The notes beneath the pieces were generated by a model. It was not told the origin of the DNA and made no database searches. It was given only the letters and a program-made list of their open reading frames with translations. DNA of 11,134 bases. It comes from an uncultured Deinococcales bacterium. GTDB lineage: Bacteria; Deinococcota; Deinococci; Deinococcales; JAAFIG01. Made by a program: the position numbers and the translations under genes. Location: positions 1-11,134 of the forward strand of contig CAXTTL010000162.1 in assembly GCA_964247135.1 (NCBI GenBank), in the 5' to 3' direction. Of the stretch, positions 1-6,334 are shown one piece after another; within the stretch, counting starts at the first letter, position 1; each line of letters starts with the position of its first letter.

Positions 1-2
1 AA

Positions 3-611
3 GTCAGACCCAAAGCGGATTGGGCGTTGTTTATTACGGTTTTAACCTGGGCTGGACTGGTCAACGCCTTCGCCATGATCCCACCGTTTTTCAGTTTTGC
101 AGCCCAACTCTCGAGTTTCCTGGGCACGCGCTCAGAGGCGATTCTGCTGGTCGTCATTCAAGGTTTTGGGATTGGAACTGGTCTTGCCCTCTCGAGCCTC
201 GCTGCGAGGCTTTCAGGCGCAAAACTGCGCGATTACGCCAGCGTGCTGCTGCCGATGTGCCTGGGGATTTGGGGCGGGCATTATTTGTTTCACTTCATCA
301 CGGGGTACGCAACCCTGCTGCCCAACATCGTGACCACGCTGCAAAACCTGGGCTTGCCACTGACGGCGCTGCCCAAACCCAGCATCCCTCGAGCCGACGG
401 AATTTTTCCAGTGCAAGTCGTGATTACTTATGTTGCGCTTGCCGCCAGTGGTTATGCCGCGTTTCAAAAAGCCAGCGTTGCCAGCAAGGGAGACTCGAGA
501 AACCTGATTCTGAAACTTTTGCCGCAAGTGCTGGTGCTGCTGGTAATTGCCACGATCACGCTTTTGATTTTTTCGCAACCCATGCAGGCTCGAGGGAGTT
601 TGTTGACTTGA
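3..611 (+). CDS. Polytopic membrane protein, C-terminal part (5' truncated by the window); resembles FesM-like / 4Fe-4S-binding-domain membrane proteins
   Basis: The frame of ORF 27..611 is open from the window edge (VRPKADWALFITV...). It has about 5 hydrophobic helices. The motifs NAFAMIPP, GIWGGHYLFHFITG and terminal QPMQARG resemble, from memory, the C-terminus of FesM-like 4Fe-4S membrane proteins. No Cys clusters are visible in the window, so the family call is tentative. Confidence 0.6.
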   Translation, partial: VRPKADWALFITVLTWAGLVNAFAMIPPFFSFAAQLSSFLGTRSEAILLVVIQGFGIGTGLALSSLAARLSGAKLRDYASVLLPMCLGIWGGHYLFHFITGYATLLPNIVTTLQNLGLPLTALPKPSIPRADGIFPVQVVITYVALAASGYAAFQKASVASKGDSRNLILKLLPQVLVLLVIATITLLIFSQPMQARGSLLT

Positions 612-700
612 AGGTCGAGTGTTTGAAAATGTAAATCTAACCAGGATACAGGAAAACATAAATGGAATTCGGGTTATTGCAACCTCTGAAAACCCAAACA

Positions 701-922
701 TTATGCAAAGAACATGACGTAAATACCAAAACAAACACCAAAGCCTAAAAAAAATAAACCAACTGACAAAGAAAGAAGACGTTGCTCCTTTCGTGAGAGT
801 TTCAAAATTGAAGGACGCATCTGCCCTATATTCCAATCAAAACGATAAGCTGCCAACAACAATAATCCAACAACGACACAAATAATGATGAAAAAAGCAT
901 CATCTGGACGAAGACTTCTCAA
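701..922 (-). CDS. Small hypothetical membrane protein (73 aa, two predicted TM helices); putative third gene of the TA operon
   Basis: The TTG start lies 4 nt after the antitoxin stop and is preceded by an SD-like GAGGTG 5 nt upstream (ctcGAGGTGataatTTG). Two hydrophobic stretches (AFFIIICVVVGLLLLAAY; LLSLSVGLFFLGFGVCFGIYVMFFA) flank a basic loop. GC is about 36% by hand count. Confidence 0.55.
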   Translation of the reverse strand: MRSLRPDDAFFIIICVVVGLLLLAAYRFDWNIGQMRPSILKLSRKEQRLLSLSVGLFFLGFGVCFGIYVMFFA

Positions 923-926
923 ATTA

Positions 927-1313
927 TCACCTCGAGAGTGCCGCCATCACCAACGGCAACTTCGGATCATGCGGACGCAACACAATCTCCACCTCACACC
1001 CCACCGCCTGGGCGTGCTCGAGCAAGGTACTCAAGGTCAGGTTCGACTCGAGTGATTCCACTTGCGCCACCCTGGGCGCACTGACCTCGAGCGCTGCGGC
1101 AACATCCTTGGCTTTTAAACCCGCTTGCTTTCTGGCTTTTGCCAGCGCTTCACCCACCGCTCGAGCCGCGATCACCTGGCGCACTTCATCCCGCATGGCT
1201 TGTGGGGTGCGGGTGCGAATGGGCGTGTCTTTGGGAACATGCACTTTCAGGGTTGCGCCCTGGCGTTCTTCTGGACTGAGTTGATCGAGTAACGCTTGCA
1301 AATTCTGATTCAT
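927..1313 (-). CDS. XRE-family helix-turn-helix antitoxin (HigA-like)
   Basis: HTH_3-type signature LAKARKQAGLKAKDVAAALEVSAPRVAQVESLESNLTLSTLLEHAQAVGCEVEI. The start overlaps the toxin stop (ATGA, 1310-1313), with a GGAGG SD upstream. Confidence 0.85.
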   Translation of the reverse strand: MNQNLQALLDQLSPEERQGATLKVHVPKDTPIRTRTPQAMRDEVRQVIAARAVGEALAKARKQAGLKAKDVAAALEVSAPRVAQVESLESNLTLSTLLEHAQAVGCEVEIVLRPHDPKLPLVMAALSR

Positions 1314-1729
1314 CCGCTCCTCCGAATCATGCCTGGTGCATCGCGCTTGAACGCCAAGTACACCTCAAGGGCTTCAGTTAACTTCAACGGGTTCGGGGTG
1401 TTGCCCGCTTTGACTTCGGCATTGACGATCACCGCAAAGGTTTCACTGCTTTTGGTGTGCTCTATGCTGACCTCGAGTGGAAACCAGTACGCCCGCGACC
1501 CACCTTTCAGACCACCTCGAGAACGGGTTTTCAACTCCCAAATTGGTGTGCCTTTTAAGGTTTTGGCAAAACGGCTTTCTAATCCTTGCTGGGTCAGGTC
1601 TTCGAGCATCAAAATGATGGCATCCAAAGCTTGCTGGTGTCCGGTGTGGGCAATCTCGAGCAAATCCTCAACGATGCGCGGGTGCAGGGCATCCAGGCGG
1701 TCAGGGTGGCAGGGTTCAAGAAGCCGCAT
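1310..1729 (-). CDS. Type II toxin, RelE/ParE superfamily (HigB/Gp49-like)
   Basis: RelE-like core KTLKGTPIWELKTRSRGGLKGGSRAYWF followed by AVIVNAEVK...TP. It lies immediately upstream of, and is translationally coupled to, an XRE-HTH gene (higBA order). Confidence 0.75.
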   Translation of the reverse strand: MRLLEPCHPDRLDALHPRIVEDLLEIAHTGHQQALDAIILMLEDLTQQGLESRFAKTLKGTPIWELKTRSRGGLKGGSRAYWFPLEVSIEHTKSSETFAVIVNAEVKAGNTPNPLKLTEALEVYLAFKRDAPGMIRRSG

Positions 1730-1730
1730 T

Positions 1731-1750
1731 AATTAAGTTTAAACTTAATT
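1731..1750. promoter_or_regulatory. Perfect 20-bp palindrome; putative antitoxin operator
   Basis: AATTAAGTTTAAACTTAATT is its own reverse complement and covers the -10 element of the TA promoter. Confidence 0.75.
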
Positions 1751-1764
1751 TCTATTTTGGTCAA
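1736..1764 (-). promoter_or_regulatory. Sigma70-type promoter of the TA operon, leaderless
   Basis: Minus strand TTGACC (1764-1759) - 17 nt - TAAACT (1741-1736) - 6 nt - ATG (1729); no SD. Confidence 0.8.
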
Positions 1765-1770
1765 GACCCA

Positions 1771-1822
1771 ACAAACAAAACTCGAGCCACGGGCAAACGT
1801 CAGTGGCTCGAGTTTTGTTTGT
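1771..1822. terminator. Intrinsic terminator, likely bidirectional, downstream of the YbhB/YbcL gene
   Basis: Perfect 20-bp arms ACAAACAAAACTCGAGCCAC (1771-1790) and GTGGCTCGAGTTTTGTTTGT (1803-1822) with a 12-nt loop. It starts 4 nt after the stop at 1827 and has a T-rich 3' arm on both strands. Confidence 0.8.
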
Positions 1823-1826
1823 ATTT

Positions 1827-2387
1827 TTAACGTCCGTAAGAGGCTGTAAAACTGGTTTTCGCAATCGCATTGCCGTTAAAGTTAAAACCAATAAAGGCTT
1901 GCGAGGCTCCCGCAGGAATCTCGAGTTTTTCCGCGCCCAAAGCGTACAGCGTGAACACATAACGGTGCGGCTTGTCGCCTGGGGGTGGGCAAGGACCGGC
2001 GTAGGCGGCTGCGCCCAAGGAATTCGTGGCTTGAACCGTTCCGGCGGGCATCAGTTTGCCGTCGGGGCTGCCAGCGCCCTTCTCGAGTTTGGTGCTGGAT
2101 GCTGGAATGTTGTAGACCATCCAGTGCGTGAAGCCGCCAACCCCAGTTTTGGCGTCAATGTCTTGCATAATCAGGGCAAAGCTTTTTGTGCCGGTCGGTG
2201 CGCCAGACCAATTGAGTTCTGGCGAGACGTTCGCGCCAGTGCAACCAAACCCATTCATGACTTGTTCGATTTTGATCATGGATCGCGCTGGCATGTCAGG
2301 GCTTTTCAGTTTGAACATGGTGCCCGTTTGCGCGGACGCACCGACGGCGACCAGCAGCAAGGCAGCGAGTGGCAGAAAACGTTTCAT
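1827..2387 (-). CDS. ybcL: YbhB/YbcL family Raf kinase inhibitor-like (PEBP) protein, secreted
   Basis: Signal peptide MKRFLPLAALLLVAVGASA. Family motifs GFGCTGANVSPELNWSGAPTGTKSFAL, HWMVYNIP and GPCPPPGDKPHRYVFTLYAL. GGAGG SD 6 nt before the ATG. Confidence 0.92.
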   Translation of the reverse strand: MKRFLPLAALLLVAVGASAQTGTMFKLKSPDMPARSMIKIEQVMNGFGCTGANVSPELNWSGAPTGTKSFALIMQDIDAKTGVGGFTHWMVYNIPASSTKLEKGAGSPDGKLMPAGTVQATNSLGAAAYAGPCPPPGDKPHRYVFTLYALGAEKLEIPAGASQAFIGFNFNGNAIAKTSFTASYGR

Positions 2388-2506
2388 GGTTTACCTCCAA
2401 AGCATTTCTCGAGTTTAAAGCTCGAGCTGTAGTCAATCACAAACTGTTTGAATCAGGCGTTTTTTTGGTTACATGACTTTCGTCGCTTGCGATACTGTGT
2501 TTGCGA

Positions 2507-2540
2507 AATGAAAATCAACCCTCTGCGAACGACAGGTTGA
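2507..2540 (-). terminator. Possible weak intrinsic terminator after the 570-aa gene
   Basis: TCAACC (2515-2520) / GGTTGA (2535-2540) stem followed on the minus strand by TTTTCATTT; begins about 15 nt after the stop. Confidence 0.35.
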
Positions 2541-2555
2541 AGGATTAACTCGAGG

Positions 2556-4268
2556 TTACTTGTTCCAGTTAAAACCAGTCTTGCCGTAACTTTGTAGCTT
2601 GTTGCCCACAGGCAAGAAATACCCATAACCCGCTTCGGTGCGTGAAGCCCAAGATTCAAACCAATCGCCGAAAGCGCTGGTTAAATCGGCTGGAATGTCT
2701 TTCTCGAGTTGGTACGCCTTCACGCTCGAGGCGATCATGGCGTCAATCTCGCTGCGCTCCAAACGCACTGGGGCGGTAAATTGTGCTCCCGCAATGTTTT
2801 GCGGCAAGTTAAAGGTTTTGAACAATGGATTTTCCAAGAGCGGTGCGGCGTTTAAATACGCCTCGAGTTTGGTTTGATCGCTGCCAATCAAAATGGTGTT
2901 GTTCTTGTTGACCATCAAGAGTTCAAATTTGGGAATTGTGGTGTTCTCGATTTGAAATTCTGGTCGTGTCAGCACCAGGCTTTCAAATCCGGCAATGGTT
3001 TTGCGCTCGAGGATTGGTGCGGGTTGATCGGCATTTTTGTTTTGCGCCAAAGTGTCATTGAAGGCGGTCTCGAGGTCATTCAAGATCAGTGCGCCGTCTT
3101 GGGTTTTGGCATAAAAAACCGAATCGGAATTTGCTCCTAACGCATTGCCAAGCAATGTTGATCCAAGCAGGTTTAAAGACAATGGTCTATACCGACTGAA
3201 GTTCGCAAGCCCTAAACTGGAAGCCAAGTAACTTGTGTTGGGCAGGTTGCTGTTTACAACGCCCCATTCGCTGCCGAGACGGGATTTGAGTTTGGTGAAA
3301 ACATCCATGACATTTTTTTGTTCTTGTTGGCTCAAATCCATGTCGGGCAACCATGTTTGCAGGTAATCCAGCCAGCCGTTGGTGTCGGTGGCAAACACGC
3401 TGGCGCTCGGGGCGGTGCTCGGCAAATCGGTCAGCAACTCGAGTTTGCTTGGCGAGTAGGTCAGTAATTTGTACAGGGCGGCATCGCCACCGTTTGGGTT
3501 TAACTGCGTGATACCTCGGGTTTCCAAACCGTCCTCAACGATGCTCGAGACGCTGCTGGAAACGTTTAAGGTTTTTAAGATTGCCAGCACATTTTGAGGA
3601 ATTGTTTTGTCGCGTCCAAGCAGTTGCGCCAGCGCCGAGTAATGAATGGTGGTCTTGAAAAAACCGTCGCCCGTGACGGTGCTGACCGCCTGATAAACGG
3701 GGTTATTCACCAGGACGGGCAGAACTTGTCCATTCAAACGTTTCAGGTAACCGCGCAGCAAATCTTTGTTGCTCGAGAGGTAGAACAAGTTGTTGCCAAT
3801 GCCCGCCGCCATGCCGCCACTGATGTCAACCAAGTAATTGCCTTCACGAAATTTGTTTTTTGGATTGACGTTTTTGATGGCGTCGTTAAACGATTTTGTG
3901 AAAGCGTTGACGATCAGGTTTTTGGGCGTCATGCGAACCACCGCCAGAAATTCTGGGCTGCCGTTGACGCTGTAGGCAGACACCGCCACGTCACGAATCG
4001 AGGCGATCATGGTGCGCACCGTCAGGTCTTTTAATAAACCTGGTACTTGCACATCCTTGCCCATCTGACTCGAGAGTGCATCATTTAACAGCGTTCCCAA
4101 GAACTTTTGCGTGTCCTCGGCAAACGAACCCATTTGCCCCACGGCTTCTTGTAAGTCTTTGGCTTCAATCACACCCAGCGCGTTGTCAGGAAAATACCGC
4201 GTGAGTGGTGTGGCGAAGGCGCTCGAGGACAGGGCTATGGTGAGGATCAGGATGGATTTGCGTAACAT
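2556..4268 (-). CDS. Exported protein of unknown function (570 aa), possibly DUF3352-like
   Basis: Long ORF with a Sec signal peptide (MLRKSILILTIALSSSAFA) and no Cys. The mixed alpha/beta pattern appears to repeat twice (YFPDNALGVI... and DLPSTAPSASV...), reminiscent of DUF3352-type proteins. The family call is unverified. Confidence 0.8.
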   Translation of the reverse strand: MLRKSILILTIALSSSAFATPLTRYFPDNALGVIEAKDLQEAVGQMGSFAEDTQKFLGTLLNDALSSQMGKDVQVPGLLKDLTVRTMIASIRDVAVSAYSVNGSPEFLAVVRMTPKNLIVNAFTKSFNDAIKNVNPKNKFREGNYLVDISGGMAAGIGNNLFYLSSNKDLLRGYLKRLNGQVLPVLVNNPVYQAVSTVTGDGFFKTTIHYSALAQLLGRDKTIPQNVLAILKTLNVSSSVSSIVEDGLETRGITQLNPNGGDAALYKLLTYSPSKLELLTDLPSTAPSASVFATDTNGWLDYLQTWLPDMDLSQQEQKNVMDVFTKLKSRLGSEWGVVNSNLPNTSYLASSLGLANFSRYRPLSLNLLGSTLLGNALGANSDSVFYAKTQDGALILNDLETAFNDTLAQNKNADQPAPILERKTIAGFESLVLTRPEFQIENTTIPKFELLMVNKNNTILIGSDQTKLEAYLNAAPLLENPLFKTFNLPQNIAGAQFTAPVRLERSEIDAMIASSVKAYQLEKDIPADLTSAFGDWFESWASRTEAGYGYFLPVGNKLQSYGKTGFNWNK

Positions 4269-4275
4269 GAATTTC

Positions 4276-4302
4276 AGTCTAGCACCCGTGTCATTTTGTC
4301 AA
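4276..4302 (-). promoter_or_regulatory. Extended -10 leaderless promoter of the 570-aa gene
   Basis: Minus strand TTGACA (4302-4297) - 15 nt - TAGACT (4281-4276, preceded by TGc) - 7 nt - ATG (4268); no SD. The -35 spacer is atypically short. Confidence 0.6.
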
Positions 4303-4310
4303 ACTCGAGC

Positions 4311-4351
4311 AATCAAAAAACGGGCGACTGGAGCGTGTCGCCTGTTTGATT
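4311..4351 (-). terminator. Intrinsic terminator after potD
   Basis: Stem AAACGGGCGAC (4318-4328) / GTCGCCTGTTT (4337-4347) with one mismatch, an 8-nt loop and a T run on the minus strand, just after the potD stop at 4362. Confidence 0.65.
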
Positions 4352-4361
4352 TTGCGTTGAT

Positions 4362-5408
4362 TTATCTGGCTTTGATTTTTGTCCAAACCGCATCGTAAAG
4401 CTTCAGGTTCGCACCGATGTCGTCGGTGAACTCGAGTTTCGCCATTTCGTTTTCGCTTGGATAAATGACTGTGTTTTTAACATCGGCTTTGCTCATGAAG
4501 GCTTTTGAGGCTTCGTTCGGACTGCCAAATTGATTGAAGTCGCTCAGTTGCGCTCCGACTTTGGCATCCAGAATGAAATTGATAAATTGTGTCGCCAGGT
4601 CTTTGTTGGGCGCTCCAGAGGTGATCATCAGGCTGTCCACCCAAATTTCGGTGCCCTCTTTGGGCAAAAAATACCCCAGGTTGGGATTGTCGCGGATGCC
4701 CCTGGCGGCTTCGCCGTTGTAAATCACGGCGGCGGTGGCTTGACCACCCAATAATTTATTCTTGCCCCCAGGCGAGCCGTCAAACCCTAGAGCGCGAGTT
4801 TTTGCCTCTTGAACAAGCTGTCCAGCTTGTTTTAAGTGATCGAGGTTGATGTCGTTTTGCGGGTATCCCAAGTAACGCAGTGCGCCGCCCAGCATCACGC
4901 GCATGTCGTCGAGCATCACAAACGGACCTTGCTGCTTTTTGGGATCAAACAGCAAACTCCAAGATTTATCGAAATTTTTAACCTTGTCTTTTCGGTAACC
5001 GATGCCCGTTGTGCCCCACTGGTACGCCACCGTGTACTTGTTGCCAGGGTCGTAATTTGGATTGACGAAACGTTTGGACAAATTCTTGTAATTCGTGATT
5101 TTTGCCAACTCGAGCGGCTGTACCAGATTTTTGCCAATTAAGGTTTTGATCGCGTAGGTGCTCGGCACGATCACATCGTATTGTTTTGTGCCGCCCTGCT
5201 CGAGTTTTGCCAGCATGTCCTCCATGCTCTCGTAGAGCGAAATATTGACTTTCGCGCCCGTTTTTTTCTCGAAGGCTTTGACGATGGCGGGGTCGATGTA
5301 TTCGGACCAGATGAACAAACTTAAGGTGCGTTTTTGACCCATCACCCCGACGCTCGAGATTGCGGTTGCGGCGGCGAACAATCCTGCCAGCACAAATCGT
5401 TTTTTCAT
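4362..5408 (-). CDS. potD: Spermidine/putrescine ABC transporter substrate-binding protein
   Basis: Motifs WSEYIDP, YESMEDMLAKL, YDVIVPSTY, YQWGTTGIGY, PKEGTEIWVDSL and FINFILD. The start is reassigned to ATG 5408 (MKKRFVLAG..., signal peptide), which is preceded by GAGGGGG. Confidence 0.93.
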   Translation of the reverse strand: MKKRFVLAGLFAAATAISSVGVMGQKRTLSLFIWSEYIDPAIVKAFEKKTGAKVNISLYESMEDMLAKLEQGGTKQYDVIVPSTYAIKTLIGKNLVQPLELAKITNYKNLSKRFVNPNYDPGNKYTVAYQWGTTGIGYRKDKVKNFDKSWSLLFDPKKQQGPFVMLDDMRVMLGGALRYLGYPQNDINLDHLKQAGQLVQEAKTRALGFDGSPGGKNKLLGGQATAAVIYNGEAARGIRDNPNLGYFLPKEGTEIWVDSLMITSGAPNKDLATQFINFILDAKVGAQLSDFNQFGSPNEASKAFMSKADVKNTVIYPSENEMAKLEFTDDIGANLKLYDAVWTKIKAR

Positions 5409-5487
5409 GACAATCCCCCTCAACTTCCTCGAGACTAGCAATGCAGAATATTAGCGCATTGGACTGGATGTGACATGAAAGATTCTT

Positions 5488-5516
5488 GTAGGGGATGGTC
5501 TCAGACCATCCCCTAC
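5488..5516. repeat. GTAG-type REP-like hairpin between potC and potD
   Basis: GTAGGGGATGGTC-TCA-GACCATCCCCTAC: a perfect 13-bp stem starting with GTAG on both strands, 2 nt after the potC stop, with no U tract. Confidence 0.6.
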
Positions 5517-5518
5517 GG

Positions 5519-6334
5519 TTATTCCTTGGCGTTGCGTTGCAACAAATTCGATGCTGCCACCGCGATCATGGTCAACAAAACAATAATCGTACTGAGGGCG
5601 TTGATGTCGGGCGTGATGCCGCGTTTGACGGTGGTGTAAATCCAGATCGGCAGCGTGCCAGAGGTCGGACCGCTGGTGAAGTACGAGATCACAAAATCAT
5701 CAATCGAGAGTGTAAAGGCAAGCAACGCGCCCGCCAGAATGCCAGGGGTTGCCAGCGGCAAAACAATAAAGCGAATCGCTTGCCACGCATTCGCATATAA
5801 ATCTCGAGCAGCTTCCTCGAGCGCATTGTCCAACCCTGCCAACCTCGAGCGCACCACAATGGCGACAAAACTGATCTGGAAGGTGATGTGCGCGATAATC
5901 ATGGTGAAGAGGCTCGGTTCAAAAATCGGCAGGAAGTTGCGCAGCGCGGCGTACATCAGCAGCAACGATATTGCCATGACGATATCGGGCGTGACGACCG
6001 GAATGTACATCAGCCAGGCGAACAGCCTCGAGCCTGGGAACTTGTAACGGTGCAAGCCGTAACCCAAAAGACTGCCCAGAATGGTGCTGACAAACGTGCT
6101 GATAAAACCGACGATCATGGTGTTCTCGGCGGCGTTTAAAATCTGGTCGTTGTCAAAAAGCGAGCTGTACCATTTAAACAGCGGTTGGGCGATCTGAAAA
6201 TCCACGCCGTATTTGGAATTCTTAAACGAGAAAATCACGATCACCAGAATCGGAATGTACAAAAACGCCATGACCGCATACGAAATCAGCCGCAATCCTG
6301 GCGAGACGGGGCGTTGCAGGCGTTCGCGGTTCAC
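5519..6334 (-). CDS. potC: Spermidine/putrescine ABC transporter permease
   Basis: FLYIPILVIVIFSF, EAA loop LEEAARDLYA, AFTLSIDDFVISYF, TLPIWIY and PDINALST. GTGA overlap with the potB stop. Confidence 0.93.
   Translation of the reverse strand: MNRERLQRPVSPGLRLISYAVMAFLYIPILVIVIFSFKNSKYGVDFQIAQPLFKWYSSLFDNDQILNAAENTMIVGFISTFVSTILGSLLGYGLHRYKFPGSRLFAWLMYIPVVTPDIVMAISLLLMYAALRNFLPIFEPSLFTMIIAHITFQISFVAIVVRSRLAGLDNALEEAARDLYANAWQAIRFIVLPLATPGILAGALLAFTLSIDDFVISYFTSGPTSGTLPIWIYTTVKRGITPDINALSTIIVLLTMIAVAASNLLQRNAKE

Noticed and set aside
20-634. 204-aa plus-strand ORF
   Set aside because: It is an alternative frame of the real membrane-protein gene, with an Arg/Cys/His-rich composition unlike a real protein.
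213-836. 207-aa minus-strand ORF, including an ATG at 701 that overlaps the small ORF's stop
   Set aside because: It is mostly antisense to the membrane gene 3..611 and overlaps 701..922 in another frame. Its hydrophobicity reflects T-rich DNA and it has no recognisable motifs.
612-1830. Mobile element or prophage carrying the TA module
   Set aside because: No transposase or integrase, terminal repeats or target-site duplication were seen, and the TA genes have host-like CTCGAG density.
2412-2436. TTGACT...TAAACT promoter for the ybcL-like gene
   Set aside because: The spacer is only 13 nt, too short for a sigma70 promoter.
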